Counted from the first letter of the stretch, positions 8,761-19,849 are shown. The stretch: DNA of 64,000 nt from an uncultured Candidatus Peribacteria bacterium (GCA_964563915.1 CAZLYW010000001.1:560-64559); one strand, 5' to 3'. Numbers and translations are program-made. The notes: generated by a model from the sequence alone, not told the origin.

Positions 8761-10005
8761 GTGCAGGAATTCCTCACGTCTCTTGGCTCCGTCTCCGCCG
8801 TCATCGGCGCGCAGTGGGGGGATGAGGGGAAAGGCAAGGCGATCGACATGCTCGCCGAGCATTTCGATGTGATTGCGAGAGCTTCCGGCGGAGCAAATGC
8901 CGGACACACGATCATCTACCAGGGCAAGAAACACGTTTTCCATCTGTTGCCTTCGGGGAGCTTTCACGCCGGCAAAAAAGTAATCCTCGGATCGGGAATG
9001 GTCATTCACCTCCCCACGCTCCTGCAGGAAATCACGGACATCCAAGCCGCGGGAGTCGACATCCTGCCGCGACTGGGAATTTCCCTTGCAGCGCACATCG
9101 TCCTCGATTGCTACAGAGACATCGACGCGGCTCTCGAAGACCGCCGTGCGGCGCAGGGAGGCAAAATCGGCACGACGAAGCGGGGAATCGGACCTGCGTA
9201 CATGTTCAAGACGATGCGATCCGGGCTGCGCATGGAATCACTGTTGGATCCCTCTGCCGATCTTCGGAAGAACATTGAGGCGATCGCCGACCTGGTGCAG
9301 TCGCATTTCGGGGTTGCGATGGATATCGAGAAGGAGTTCGATCAACTGCAGGCGGCCGCGAAGCAACTGAAGAGCACGCTGACGTCGATGGATGCTCTCC
9401 TCGAGTTGATGTACGTGAAAAGGCAGACCGTGCTCATCGAAGGCGCGCAAGCGACGCTACTCGACGTCGATCACGGAACATACCCGTACGTCACCAGCAG
9501 CGCGACGACCGCGGCCGGAGCCTTGCAAGGCCTTGGGTTGCCACCGAAGTGTTTGACCTCCTGCATCGGCGTCGCGAAGGCGTACTGCACGAGGGTCGGA
9601 GAAGGGGAGTTCAAAACCGAGGCAACAGGTGCCGTCGCCGAAAGGCTTCGCGAAAGGGGAGGGGAGTACGGAGCGACGACCGGGCGTCCGCGGCGCTGCG
9701 GCTGGCTGGATACGATTGATCTGAACCGCGCGGCACTCATCAACGGCTTCACGTGCTGGAACATCACGAAACTGGACGTTCTGGATGAAGAACAGGAAAT
9801 TCCGGTACGAACCTGGGATGCTACCAGGAAAGAAGCCGTCTTCGTGAAGCTTCCCGGATGGAAAACGTCGACGAAAGGCGTCACGTCCTGGGAAAGGCTC
9901 CCGGTGCTCGCGAAAGAGTACATTCAGTTCATCGAAAGGAAAACGCGTATCCCTGTTCGGCTGACTGGGACGGGACAAGGGATGGGGGAGATGATCATTC
10001 GGTAG
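8761..10005 (+). CDS. purA: adenylosuccinate synthetase
   Basis: Has the GAQWGDEGKGK P-loop and GTTKRGIGPAY. GTG start. Confidence 0.95.
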   Translation: MQEFLTSLGSVSAVIGAQWGDEGKGKAIDMLAEHFDVIARASGGANAGHTIIYQGKKHVFHLLPSGSFHAGKKVILGSGMVIHLPTLLQEITDIQAAGVDILPRLGISLAAHIVLDCYRDIDAALEDRRAAQGGKIGTTKRGIGPAYMFKTMRSGLRMESLLDPSADLRKNIEAIADLVQSHFGVAMDIEKEFDQLQAAAKQLKSTLTSMDALLELMYVKRQTVLIEGAQATLLDVDHGTYPYVTSSATTAAGALQGLGLPPKCLTSCIGVAKAYCTRVGEGEFKTEATGAVAERLRERGGEYGATTGRPRRCGWLDTIDLNRAALINGFTCWNITKLDVLDEEQEIPVRTWDATRKEAVFVKLPGWKTSTKGVTSWERLPVLAKEYIQFIERKTRIPVRLTGTGQGMGEMIIR

Positions 10006-10039
10006 CATCCGATTGACAGGTGATGATACTGTTTTTCCC

Positions 10040-10546
10040 ATGAGCAAAAATCATCTTGGAGTCGAGGCCGTTGACGCAATTTCGATCATTGCTCCGGATC
10101 CTGATCCCGAAAATACTCAGGCACTGCAACTGGTATCCGACGGATTCGGAATATTGCTGAAGAATGCTCTCTATGAGCGAGATATAGAATTGCGACAAAG
10201 AGATGTCTTGGTTCCCAAGTTTCAACCGCGCAAAGACCTTCCGACCGATGCCATTCTCCTATTTTCCGTCAGGCCCGACCAGCGACTGAAGGATACTCTT
10301 ATCTACTTGCTAAGTTCAAAACGTTTTCATCTTCTGCAAATGTTCGTAGCGGAGCGCCTTGATGCACATTGGCTGCATTCCGCGATTATCAAACCCCATT
10401 CAATTCTTCTCACCCAGCAGGATCTAGACGCCATTCAGCTCGCCAGTACGGAGCTATTTTTTTCAGAGGAAGACACGGAAAGAATGGCTGATGACCTCGC
10501 TCAGAAGCTCATGCTGAAAAAGGCGTACGACGACGACCCGGATTGA
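10040..10546 (+). CDS. hypothetical protein
   Basis: 168 aa from ATG (MSKNHLG). G+C looks visibly lower than in neighbouring genes. No motif recognised. Confidence 0.45.
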   Translation: MSKNHLGVEAVDAISIIAPDPDPENTQALQLVSDGFGILLKNALYERDIELRQRDVLVPKFQPRKDLPTDAILLFSVRPDQRLKDTLIYLLSSKRFHLLQMFVAERLDAHWLHSAIIKPHSILLTQQDLDAIQLASTELFFSEEDTERMADDLAQKLMLKKAYDDDPD

Positions 10547-11434
10547 TCACTCCTCCGGCCTCTCCCCCCACTTCAATTTCGATCGCAACGTCGCATAGTA
10601 CGTCTCCTTCTTCCGTCGCAGGAATTTGACCGTGTGCTTGTTCATCGTCGCGCGGATCCGGTCGTGGCGCTGGAGGGAAACATATGTTTGACCGTCGAGC
10701 GTCAGGCTCACGTCCATCCCTCCAAACTTATTCTCTTTCGTCAGGACTTCGACTTCCACCGCGTGGTCGTCTGGGAGCACAATCGGCTTCTGGGTGAAGC
10801 TGTGTGGATTGATGGGCGTGAGAATGATCGCTGAAAGGTGGGGTTCTACAATCGGCCCTCCGGCCGCGAGCGAATACGCTGTTGACCCCGTCGGCGTCGA
10901 AAGAATAAGACCATCACTGCGAAAAGTTGTCAGTGGTTCTCCATTCACGGTGGTTTTCAGATCGAACAAACGCGCAATGGAGCCTTGGGAAATGACTGCT
11001 TCATTCAACACATATCCGTCGTTCAGTACCTTCTTGCCCCGATGTGCGACAATGTGCAGAACTCTGCGCTCTTCGATGACCCCTCTTCCTTCAAGAAATG
11101 TGGGCAAGAGTCTTGGAACTTCATCAATGTTCATTTCTGCAAGGAAGCCGATGTTTCCACGATTAATGGAAAGGATCGGCACGGTGAAGTTCTGCAACTC
11201 TCGTACGGCACGAAAGATCGTTCCATCGCCTCCAAGCACAAGGAGAAGATCGATATCCTTTGTGGAGGAAAAAGCCGGAACACCCTTCGCGCAGGGCAGT
11301 CCTTTTGTCCTCTCGTCATCGATACTCGCTTGCGCTCCGCAAGCCTTCACAATAGCCAGTACGCTCTTGAGAATTTCATCTTTCTCACTGAGATCGGACT
11401 TCACGGTGATGCCGATGCGGTGGTATTTCAGCAT
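10547..11434 (-). CDS. nadK: NAD kinase
   Basis: Has the GGDGTIFRA motif and [15 protein letters not shown]. Confidence 0.9.
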   Translation of the reverse strand: MLKYHRIGITVKSDLSEKDEILKSVLAIVKACGAQASIDDERTKGLPCAKGVPAFSSTKDIDLLLVLGGDGTIFRAVRELQNFTVPILSINRGNIGFLAEMNIDEVPRLLPTFLEGRGVIEERRVLHIVAHRGKKVLNDGYVLNEAVISQGSIARLFDLKTTVNGEPLTTFRSDGLILSTPTGSTAYSLAAGGPIVEPHLSAIILTPINPHSFTQKPIVLPDDHAVEVEVLTKENKFGGMDVSLTLDGQTYVSLQRHDRIRATMNKHTVKFLRRKKETYYATLRSKLKWGERPEE

Positions 11435-12495
11435 GGGCTCGCCAGTGTACCAAGAAACAGATCAACCGTCCTCCTCCAGGAATAGACCGCTGACCGTTGG
11501 ATGGCCTTCTGAGAGAGATGTTTGCGCAGTCCGTCATCCGTCAGGAGCGTCTCGAGTCCCTGCACGATGGACGCAACATCCTCGGGGTCAACGATCAATG
11601 CCGCGCCCTCAGCGAGTTCCTTGAGACTTCCGCGATTGCTTGTGAGAACCGGTATCCCGCGCTGGAGCGCATCCAGAATCTGCATCCCGAATCCTTCGTA
11701 GAGCGACGGCAGCGCGAAGATGTGACAGGAGTTCAGCAACGACTCATACGCCGCGGCATCGATGTACCCGCGCCACTGTACTCCAGCCGTGTTCTTCGCC
11801 TTGCACACGATCTCGTCATCGTCCCACCCGCGTCCTCCCGCCAAAATCAATTGATGGGAATTGCGAAGATCTTCTGGGAGAGACGTGAACGCCTTGATCA
11901 ATCGCAGCTGGTTTTTCCGGGGGCAGAGTGTCGCGACGCAAAGGATGGTTTTGGCATCCGGATGAGGTTTTTCAGGATGCATGTGCATCGGTCCGGCGAA
12001 GACCGGCGTGACGCGCTCACGGGGCACACGCGGGTAGCGGCGAAGGAGATCGCGCTTCGTCGACTCGCTGATGGTGCACAGGTGATGTGCCCTCCTGACT
12101 GCCCGGGGCAGCGTCAGCCGCTCAATCAATTTTGCTTTGCGATCGTGCGGTTCGTCCATGAAGGCGATGAGATCATGAATCACGGGGATGCAGCGAACCG
12201 ATCGCGGAACGAATGCCGGGACGATGGTACTGACCGGACTGACGTATGTGACGCCCGAGTGATTCCGTAGCCACTGCAGAACGTTCCAGTGCCATCGCAG
12301 ACCCTTCCCCGGAATACGGATGACGCCGCACGCTGTCTTCAGCCACTCCGAGGGGATGTCGGCATCGGTGAAGAGCGTCACGGGGATCTTGCGTCGGAGG
12401 AGTTCGCTGACGAAGCCGTGTGTCCACTGCGCTTTCCCCGTTCGGTTCGGGCGGCATGCTTCACGCACGTCGATGACGAGAACTCCGTGATGCAT
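11428..12495 (-). CDS. glycosyltransferase, GT4 family
   Basis: C-terminal [11 protein letters not shown] motif and GT-B layout. Confidence 0.85.
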   Translation of the reverse strand: MHHGVLVIDVREACRPNRTGKAQWTHGFVSELLRRKIPVTLFTDADIPSEWLKTACGVIRIPGKGLRWHWNVLQWLRNHSGVTYVSPVSTIVPAFVPRSVRCIPVIHDLIAFMDEPHDRKAKLIERLTLPRAVRRAHHLCTISESTKRDLLRRYPRVPRERVTPVFAGPMHMHPEKPHPDAKTILCVATLCPRKNQLRLIKAFTSLPEDLRNSHQLILAGGRGWDDDEIVCKAKNTAGVQWRGYIDAAAYESLLNSCHIFALPSLYEGFGMQILDALQRGIPVLTSNRGSLKELAEGAALIVDPEDVASIVQGLETLLTDDGLRKHLSQKAIQRSAVYSWRRTVDLFLGTLASPC

Positions 12496-12548
12496 ACGGA
12501 CAGATTATCAGAGTCGAACCAACACTCTTGTGCTACTATGCAGCCTCC

Positions 12549-13130
12549 ATGCAATCGCGCATTCTCCGCAGTCTCCTCAGCCTTGAGCTTGAGGAACGCA
12601 TCCTGAACGCTGGGGCGGTGGTCGCCGCGGGCAGCGTCTTCCTCCCATGGTTCAGTGGAGAGTGGCTGGGAGGGGAGTACCGGTTGCATACGGGATTCGG
12701 CTTCTACACGTCGTTCCTCGGGCTCGCGGTCTTCCTGCTCAATGCACTGCTCACCGCCATGACGCTGGTGCCGCTCGTCGGCGGGCCGATGCTCGTGCGG
12801 AAGCGATACCGAGAGCTGCTCCGGCTGCTCCTCTCGACCGCGGCATCGCTCCTGATCCTTTCGGCCCTCTCGGTCCTCATGAAGGCGACGTTCGATTTCC
12901 CGCGCATGGAAGTCCGCTTCGGCGTCTACTTCTGCCTCATCGGCAACCTGGTAGCGCTCTTCGAGACCGTCCTGCGCTTCCTGGGGCAGCGGCGTTCTTC
13001 GGCCCAGGAATTGTTCCACCATCCCGAGGATGGTGCTCCCGTGGATCGAAAGGAAACGCTGGCGCCGCCCCCTCCGCCACCACCGCCACCGCCTGCACCG
13101 GCTCCTGAAGACCATCCTCTTTATCCGTAA
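12549..13130 (+). CDS. membrane protein with poly-proline C-terminus
   Basis: Four predicted TM helices and a C-terminal PPPPPPPPPPAPAP run. The ATG start is preferred over the tracked TTG. Confidence 0.5.
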   Translation: MQSRILRSLLSLELEERILNAGAVVAAGSVFLPWFSGEWLGGEYRLHTGFGFYTSFLGLAVFLLNALLTAMTLVPLVGGPMLVRKRYRELLRLLLSTAASLLILSALSVLMKATFDFPRMEVRFGVYFCLIGNLVALFETVLRFLGQRRSSAQELFHHPEDGAPVDRKETLAPPPPPPPPPPAPAPEDHPLYP

Positions 13131-13227
13131 AGTTTCAAGCCGCAAATGACAAACAAAATGTCAGATTTGGTTATGAATTTGTCGTGTGCGACTTGGATTT
13201 TCCAATCCCGAAGAGTAGTTCTATGGT

Positions 13228-13551
13228 ATGATTCCTTTGATGTCTGATCCTCAAACGACAACCCAATGGCTCCCCGACGACCTCGTCTACGTCGATCCCG
13301 ATGCGAATGCCGTCGTCGGGAAGGTCGAGTGGAACAAGAATGGGAACCCCAAGCCGTTTCCGTACGTCTCGAAAGAACCGACGGACCCGAAGGCCGAGCG
13401 ACGTCGCTCGTGGCGGAAGTTCTACCCATGGGGAACGTACCGGTCGATGAAGAACGCATTCAAGGTCGACGGGAAGCCGCGGAAGAAGGAGCCGACGAAG
13501 ACGCTCGGGGAGGTGATTGAGGTTGCGCTGAAGGAACCGTACTGGGATTAA
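13228..13551 (+). CDS. hypothetical small basic protein
   Basis: 107-aa ORF with protein-like composition and no recognised motif. Its stop overlaps the fbp stop region (convergent). Confidence 0.4.
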   Translation: MIPLMSDPQTTTQWLPDDLVYVDPDANAVVGKVEWNKNGNPKPFPYVSKEPTDPKAERRRSWRKFYPWGTYRSMKNAFKVDGKPRKKEPTKTLGEVIEVALKEPYWD

Positions 13552-14492
13552 CGAGCAAGCAGTGAACACACCCTCTCCACCTCCTTCTTCGACCCGATGA
13601 TGATCGGTGTCCGTTGATCGATGTCGGTGATCTTCTTCTTCAGAATATCGCTCCTTCCATCCGACGCAGCCCCTCCCGCCTGCGCCATCAGGTACGCGAA
13701 CGGGCCGCACTCGAAGACGAGACGGAGCTTCCCGTTCGGGTATGTAGACCCTGCGGGATACGTGAAGACGCCCTGGCCCTTACTCAAGATGTGATGCACA
13801 TCGGCGACCATGCAACCGGAGTAGCGAAGCGTCACGTTGTTCTTCACCCACGCATGCAGGACTTCGTGATACGGCTTGTCGTCGAGAATGGAACCGAGAT
13901 TGCCGGGGGCGAAGTTCTTCGCGGTATCGCCGACGCCGAGGAATTCCCGCAGGACGATGAACTCGCCGACTTCGTTCAAGATGAATTCGTGGACGCCGTT
14001 GCCGGTGGAGTAGACGAGGAGCGTCCGAGGACCGTAAATCGTGTAGAGAGCTGCGACCTGCTCCTTCGGCATTTTCCCGATCACGTCTTTCCCATTATAG
14101 ATGCCAAAGATGGAACCAATGGAGAAGTTGACGTCTACGAGGGATGAACCGTCGAGGGGATCGAAGACAACGCTGTACGGCCCATCGGAAGACAGTTCGA
14201 CAACTTCTTTCTGCTCTTCCGAAATGAAGGAATGCACAAGCCGGCTCTCACAGAGATGCTGCTGGATGATGTCATCACTGACGACGTCGAGCTTCAACTG
14301 GCTTTCACCGAATTGATTTTTCGTTCCCGTGAGCCCCATCTCGGTCGTCCGGATCGCGGAGTGGATGTATTTGGCCGCTTGAGCGATATGGAGGATCAGA
14401 TGCCGCAGATCGTCATTGATCCTCCCTTTGCTGAAGAGATGCTCGTTCAGTGAAGGGCGGCTGGGAATGTGGCAGCTGGGGGCGGTGTTCAT
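13548..14492 (-). CDS. fbp: fructose-1,6-bisphosphatase class I
   Basis: Has VFDPLDGSS and the GCMVADVHHIL motifs of class I FBPase. Confidence 0.9.
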   Translation of the reverse strand: MNTAPSCHIPSRPSLNEHLFSKGRINDDLRHLILHIAQAAKYIHSAIRTTEMGLTGTKNQFGESQLKLDVVSDDIIQQHLCESRLVHSFISEEQKEVVELSSDGPYSVVFDPLDGSSLVDVNFSIGSIFGIYNGKDVIGKMPKEQVAALYTIYGPRTLLVYSTGNGVHEFILNEVGEFIVLREFLGVGDTAKNFAPGNLGSILDDKPYHEVLHAWVKNNVTLRYSGCMVADVHHILSKGQGVFTYPAGSTYPNGKLRLVFECGPFAYLMAQAGGAASDGRSDILKKKITDIDQRTPIIIGSKKEVERVCSLLAR

Positions 14493-14547
14493 GATGCAAC
14501 AGTAGCATGAACGAAAACGCTCGTTAACGCATTTACATGAACAAACA

Positions 14548-15558
14548 TTAGATCAGCTGACCGAGCCTGAGCGTCAACTCCGTTACCCGCATCGCGTAGC
14601 CCCACTCGTTGTCGTACCAACTGAGGAGCTGTACCAGCGTGTCGTCAATGACCGCCGTGGAATCCATATCGATCGTGCTCGAATGGGCGTCGGTGAGATA
14701 GTCAGCAGAAACCAGCAGGTTTTTTTCGACGGCGAGAATTCCTTTGAGCGATCCTTGTGCAGCCTTGGCCAGCGCCGCATGCACCTGCTCGACTGTTGTC
14801 TTCTTCTTGACCTGCAGGGCCAGGTACGCGGCGGACACATCGGGAACCGGCACGCGCAACGCCATCCCATCAATCTTGCCCTTCAGATGCGGAAAAATCT
14901 TGGCGCAGGCCTTCACTGCGCCGGTCGTCGACGGGATGATGGAAAGCGCAGCCGCGCGCGCGATACGCAGCTTGGAACTGTCAGTGGAGTTATCGAGGAG
15001 ATTCTGCGACGTGGTGTAGGCGTGGGTGGTACACACGAGTCCCCGATCGATGCCGATGGCGTCATCCAGGACCTTCAGGATCGGAGCGATGCAGTTGGTG
15101 GTGCAGGAGGCGGCGCTGACGATGGGCATGGCCCCGGCGAGCGCATCATCGTTCACGCCGCACACGATCATCATCGTGTCATCTTTGGGCGGCGCGGTAA
15201 TGATCACGGCTTTCGCCCCCGCGGCGAGATGCGCCTTGCACTGATCCTTGCTGCGGAATTTTCCCGTCGCTTCGACGACGATATCGACCTTCAGGTCCTT
15301 CCACGGGCACTTGGCGGGATCCCGTTCCCGGACGACCCGAACTGGGGAGCCGTTCACCCGCAAATGCTCTCCATCCACGTCGACGGTTCCTCCAAATCGC
15401 CCATGCAGCGTATCGTACTTCAGCAGATACTGCCGCATGACGGCGTCACTGGAAGCGTTGATCGCGACTACCGAGGCCTCCTTGCCGAAGCGCTCGGCGA
15501 GCTGCCGGTGAACAATGCGGCCGATGCGGCCGTAGCCGTTTAGTGCGACCCTGAACAT
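14548..15558 (-). CDS. gap: glyceraldehyde-3-phosphate dehydrogenase
   Basis: Has NGYGRIGR and the active site SCTTNC. The start was set at MFRVALNG; the upstream 182 codons of the tracked ORF are antisense to mraY. Confidence 0.95.
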   Translation of the reverse strand: MFRVALNGYGRIGRIVHRQLAERFGKEASVVAINASSDAVMRQYLLKYDTLHGRFGGTVDVDGEHLRVNGSPVRVVRERDPAKCPWKDLKVDIVVEATGKFRSKDQCKAHLAAGAKAVIITAPPKDDTMMIVCGVNDDALAGAMPIVSAASCTTNCIAPILKVLDDAIGIDRGLVCTTHAYTTSQNLLDNSTDSSKLRIARAAALSIIPSTTGAVKACAKIFPHLKGKIDGMALRVPVPDVSAAYLALQVKKKTTVEQVHAALAKAAQGSLKGILAVEKNLLVSADYLTDAHSSTIDMDSTAVIDDTLVQLLSWYDNEWGYAMRVTELTLRLGQLI

Positions 15559-15581
15559 GACTGTATCATTGCAGAATTTCA

Positions 15582-16901
15582 CTATCCCGCATAGATTCCG
15601 ATGATGACTCCCAGAACGGCGCAGAACGCCCCGATAATCCAGAGTCTCATCGTCACCTTGCTCTCCCCCCACTCTAGCGCCTCGAAGTGATGATGGATGG
15701 GCGCGGCGCGGAAGATTTTCTTGCCGCCGCGGAGCTTCTTGCTCGTGAGCTGGAGAATCACCGAGAGCATCTCGATGACGAAAACGACGCCGATGAGTGG
15801 CAGGAGCAGCACCTGGTCGGTCATCAGCGCGATGACGGCGAGCACGCCGCCGAGCGAGAGGGATCCGGTATCCCCCATGAAGAAGAGCGCGGGAGGCACG
15901 TTGTGCCACAGGAAGGCCGCTACAGCAGCGACGGTGATGGCGCAGAACGCCGCGAGGACGGTGAGTCCCTGCAGGAACGCGAGCGCGCCGAAGGCGCCAA
16001 AGGCGATCACCAGTAGTCCGCCTGCGAGGCCGTCTAAGCCGTCCGTCACGTTCACCGCATTCGCGGTCCCGATGATGACGAACATCGCGAAGGGGATGTA
16101 CCACCATCCGAGTGTGATCTCGCCCCAGAAGGGAATGACGATACCGTCATATCCGTTCTTAAAGTAGAACCACCCGGCTGCGGTGAAACTCAGAAGCAAC
16201 AGTGTGGTGATTTTCGGCAGAACCCCCAGGCCGCGCTTCCTGCCTTCGCGCATGACGAACCGCCGCAGAACGTCATCCACGACAGCTCCACTGAAACCGA
16301 GGAATAACAACATCACGAACAGGAACAGCAGTAGCACCGCCAATCCGATGACTCCCACATCCGGCCTGCCGGCGAACGGAATGACGAGCAGAGATTCCAG
16401 CGATCCGAACCAGAACGCCGCAGCGAGTCCGACCGCGATCAGGCAAATCGCGCCGATGAACCAGAGGCGGATTTTGGGCAGCAGCCTGTTCCATTGCTCT
16501 TCGTTCGCGCCGACGATGTTCAGGTAATCGTCGATCGCGCCGAGGATGCCGAGCGAGACCAGCATGAAGAGAGGGATGTAGACCTGGCCACGCTGCAGCA
16601 GCGAGTTCTCTAGGACACCGACGTAGGAGAGGAACCGGGAGAACGCGATCGTGAGGACGATGGCTCCCCAGATGAGCACGCCGCCCATGGTGGGGGTTCC
16701 GAACTTCTTCTCGTGGTACTTGCGAAACACGGAGGCTTCCCGTCCATCGAGTGTCTCGACCCGCAGTTGCTTGCCGAGCTTATTCTTCCGCAGGAACGAC
16801 ACGAAGCCGGGCGTGAGGAGGAGGCCAAGGATGAACGCAAAAAACGCGTAGCCGAGGATCAGGAGGAGCGAGAGGTCGGGACGGGGAGGAAGTGGAGGCA
16901 T
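15582..16901 (-). CDS. mraY: phospho-N-acetylmuramoyl-pentapeptide transferase, about 80 aa longer than usual
   Basis: Has GTPTMGG, NAVNVTDGLDGLAGG, MGDTGSLSLGG and HHHFE. Confidence 0.95.
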   Translation of the reverse strand: MPPLPPRPDLSLLLILGYAFFAFILGLLLTPGFVSFLRKNKLGKQLRVETLDGREASVFRKYHEKKFGTPTMGGVLIWGAIVLTIAFSRFLSYVGVLENSLLQRGQVYIPLFMLVSLGILGAIDDYLNIVGANEEQWNRLLPKIRLWFIGAICLIAVGLAAAFWFGSLESLLVIPFAGRPDVGVIGLAVLLLFLFVMLLFLGFSGAVVDDVLRRFVMREGRKRGLGVLPKITTLLLLSFTAAGWFYFKNGYDGIVIPFWGEITLGWWYIPFAMFVIIGTANAVNVTDGLDGLAGGLLVIAFGAFGALAFLQGLTVLAAFCAITVAAVAAFLWHNVPPALFFMGDTGSLSLGGVLAVIALMTDQVLLLPLIGVVFVIEMLSVILQLTSKKLRGGKKIFRAAPIHHHFEALEWGESKVTMRLWIIGAFCAVLGVIIGIYAG

Positions 16902-16944
16902 GCGAACAGCCTAGCGTATCCGTCCGTTGCTCGAAAATCTTACG

Positions 16945-17022
16945 TGAAACCAAGGAAGACAACGAATCCGATGAAACCAGGGATCCTTGGTTTCCTTGGT
17001 TACTTCAGTTCCTTCGGTTTCC
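16945..17022. repeat. GAAACCAAGGA-unit repeat cluster between the mraY start and the dnaB stop
   Basis: gaaaccaaggaag...gaaaccagggatccttggtttccttggtt: direct and inverted copies of one 11-mer. Confidence 0.6.
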
Positions 17023-18419
17023 TATTCTCCCGCCCCTGGTTTCGAGTGTACCTTATCCACATCGTAGAACCGCATCTGCTCCTTCTTGAAGAGGAGTTCG
17101 ACCCTGCCGGTCGGCCCATTGCGGTGCTTGCGGATGTAGAGGTCCGTCATGCCGGGGCGGTCGCTGTCCTCCTCGTAGTAGTCCTCCCGGTACATCATGA
17201 GGACGACGTCGGCGTCTTGTTCGATGGAACCGGAATCGCGGAGGTCGGAAAGCTGTGGGATGTTGCCCGGACGGCTTTCGACCGCACGGGAGAGTTGAGA
17301 GAGAGCGAGAATCGGAATGTGGAGTTCGCGTCCGATGTGCTTGAGTAAACGGGAAATTTCGGATATTTCCTGGACGCGATTACCCGCGTAGTGCGCGTTG
17401 CCCGTGCTCATGAGCTGCAGGTAGTCGATGATGAGGAGATCAAGGCCGTGCTCCATCTGGAGGCGGCGCGCTTTGGCACGAAGTTCTGGCATGGAAGACG
17501 CGACGGAATCGTCGATGAAGATGTTGGCCTTGTTGAGCTCATCCATGATCGGCCCCATGTTCTGGAAGTCGCTATCGTCGAGCTTGCCACGCTGGAGCTT
17601 CCAGGAATCGACACCGAGCATGGAGGCGAACAGGCGGTCGACCAGCTGCTCCTTGCTCATTTCGAGGGAGAAGATGCCGACGGTCTTATTCGCGCGGATA
17701 GCCGCATTCTGCGCGATATTGAGGGCGAGTGCGGTCTTGCCCATGCTGGGGCGTCCGGCGATGACGATCAGGTCGCTCGGCTGCAGGCCCGAGAGCTTGA
17801 AATCGAGGGCGTGGAAACCGGTCGGAACGCCTTTGACGATGCTGTCATCTTTAGATTCGTGCATCTCGGAGAACTTCTCGTACCGCTCGTCGAGCACGTC
17901 GCGGATGTGAATGAACTTATCCCTGAGGAACGTGTTCGTAATGGAGAAGATCGTCTTCTCGACCTCGTCGAGAAGCTCGGCGATCGGCTTGCCCTCCTCA
18001 TACCCGAGTCCGGTAATGCGCTGGCCAGCCTCGATCACGCGCCGGTGGACGGCCTTGGTTTTGACGATTTGCCCGTACTGGTAGACGTGCGATGAGGTGG
18101 GAACAGAGGACGCGAGCTGCGCCAAGAACGCACTGCCGCCAATGTTCTGCACGTTCTTGCTGTCGCTGAGCTTCGCACTCACGGTGACGAAGTCGATCGG
18201 CTCGTGCTGCTGGTAGAGTTCGTAGACGGCCTGGTACACCAGACGGTGCGTGGGATCGTAGAAATCCTCGGGCTTGAGGAGATCGCTGACGGTAATGATC
18301 GCTTCGGGATCGAGGAGCAATGCACCGAGTACGGTGCGCTCGGCCTCGACCGAATGGGGCTGGCCTTCGAGCAAGCGAGCCGAAGAAAGAACCGATGGTG
18401 CCACGCGCACTGTCGCCAC
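17022..18419 (-). CDS. dnaB: replicative DNA helicase
   Basis: Has Walker A GRPSMGKTA and the DnaB N-terminal domain motif ERTVLGALLLDPE. Confidence 0.95.
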   Translation of the reverse strand: MATVRVAPSVLSSARLLEGQPHSVEAERTVLGALLLDPEAIITVSDLLKPEDFYDPTHRLVYQAVYELYQQHEPIDFVTVSAKLSDSKNVQNIGGSAFLAQLASSVPTSSHVYQYGQIVKTKAVHRRVIEAGQRITGLGYEEGKPIAELLDEVEKTIFSITNTFLRDKFIHIRDVLDERYEKFSEMHESKDDSIVKGVPTGFHALDFKLSGLQPSDLIVIAGRPSMGKTALALNIAQNAAIRANKTVGIFSLEMSKEQLVDRLFASMLGVDSWKLQRGKLDDSDFQNMGPIMDELNKANIFIDDSVASSMPELRAKARRLQMEHGLDLLIIDYLQLMSTGNAHYAGNRVQEISEISRLLKHIGRELHIPILALSQLSRAVESRPGNIPQLSDLRDSGSIEQDADVVLMMYREDYYEEDSDRPGMTDLYIRKHRNGPTGRVELLFKKEQMRFYDVDKVHSKPGAGE

Positions 18420-18558
18420 AAAAGAGGGGGAAGGAAATCATTCTAGATCCATCATGCACCTCGCACCAAGAAAACGCCTGGGAAAAGAGCACGACCATGC
18501 CCTCATGTGAGTGGAATCTGTGGAAATGATGTGGATGTGTGAATGGCTGACAATCCCT

Positions 18559-18606
18559 GTCATCCCGAGTGTTCGCGGCGAAGCCGCGAATGTATCGAGG
18601 AGTGAC
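18559..18606. repeat. hairpin repeat with family-A-like arms (GTCATCCCGAG...TTCGCGGCGAAGCCGCGAA...CGAGGAGTGAC)
   Basis: Perfect 8-bp inner stem TTCGCGGC/GCCGCGAA. It abuts the recA stop codon. Confidence 0.7.
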
Positions 18607-19767
18607 TCATACCCCCGCCGCCGTCCGGATCGCCTTCTCGATCTTCTCGGCGATCTTCGGATTCTGGAGGAGGAAGATCCGTGCCTGTTCGCGGCCCTGG
18701 CCGATGGTTTCGTCGCCGAAGCGGAAGAAGTTGCCGGATTTTTCGAGAACGGAGTACTTCACGCCCAGATCGATCATCTCGCCTTCCTTGCTGATGCCGG
18801 TAGCGTAGATGACGTCGAATTCGGCCTGCCGGAAGGGAGGAGCAACCTTATTCTTCACCACTTTCACACGCGTCCGGCTGCCGATGACTTCATCCGTTGC
18901 GGCTGCGACACTTCCGTCATCTTTACCGCCTGTGGTGAGAGTAGTCGAACCAGTCTTCTGCACGATCTTGTCAATCCGTCGGACGTCAAGACGGAGGGAA
19001 CAGTAGAACTTGAGGGCATTGCCGCCCGCGGTCGTTTCGGGATTGCCGAACATCACACCGATCTTCATCCGAAGCTGGTTGATGAAGATGACAGTGCAAT
19101 TGGACTTCCCGACGATGGAGGTGAGTTTCCGCAGCGCCTGGCTCATCAGGCGAGCCTGCAGACCCATGTGTGCGTCGCCCATCGCGCCGTCGATTTCCGC
19201 TTGGGGGGTGAGAGCTGCCACGGAATCGATGACGATGATGTCTACTGCGCCCGATCGGACGAGCGTTTCGACGATCTCCAGTGCCTGCTCGCCGCTATCG
19301 GGCTGCGACACGAGGAGGGCGTCGATATCCACGCCGATTTTCTTCGCGTAGTGGGGATCGAGCGCGTGCTCGGCATCGATGAACGCAGCGCGTCCGCCGT
19401 TCTTCTGCACCTGCGCGACACTGTGGAGCGCGAGCGTGGTCTTGCCCGATGATTCTGGACCGTAGATCTCAACTATACGACTCTTGGGCATACCGCCGCC
19501 GAGTGCGATATCGAGCCCGATCGATCCGCACGAGAAACGCTCGATATTCATGCTGGAGGTGTCGCCCATTTGGAGAATGGCACCGTCACCGTACTTCTTT
19601 TTGATCTCGGCAAGCGCGTCTTTGATAGGATCGTGCTTGGGTGCCGGCGCCTTCACAGCGTGGGCGGAAGATTTTGACGGAAGTGCTTTCGCGGCGATCG
19701 TCTTGGCAGTGGGAGCTTGTGCTGAGCTGTCGCGAAGCATAATGGAGGAGGAAGGAGACTTCGGCAT
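18607..19767 (-). CDS. recA: recombinase A
   Basis: Has [18 protein letters not shown] and [13 protein letters not shown]. There is an N-terminal extension of about 38 aa and an internal insertion. Confidence 0.95.
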   Translation of the reverse strand: MPKSPSSSIMLRDSSAQAPTAKTIAAKALPSKSSAHAVKAPAPKHDPIKDALAEIKKKYGDGAILQMGDTSSMNIERFSCGSIGLDIALGGGMPKSRIVEIYGPESSGKTTLALHSVAQVQKNGGRAAFIDAEHALDPHYAKKIGVDIDALLVSQPDSGEQALEIVETLVRSGAVDIIVIDSVAALTPQAEIDGAMGDAHMGLQARLMSQALRKLTSIVGKSNCTVIFINQLRMKIGVMFGNPETTAGGNALKFYCSLRLDVRRIDKIVQKTGSTTLTTGGKDDGSVAAATDEVIGSRTRVKVVKNKVAPPFRQAEFDVIYATGISKEGEMIDLGVKYSVLEKSGNFFRFGDETIGQGREQARIFLLQNPKIAEKIEKAIRTAAGV

Positions 19768-19849
19768 ACTAGGAGGGGGAAATGGGATGGGAAAGGAAGC
19801 CTCGAAGAGATTGTGGAATCTGATGAGGTGTACAAAGGGACACAGAAAT

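Noticed and set aside
14548-16107. 519-aa ORF that would fuse an Arg-rich N-terminal region to GAPDH.
   Set aside because: The first 182 codons are antisense to mraY and have nonsense-like Arg/His-rich composition. The canonical GAPDH N-terminus MFRVALNGYGRIGR begins at 15558.
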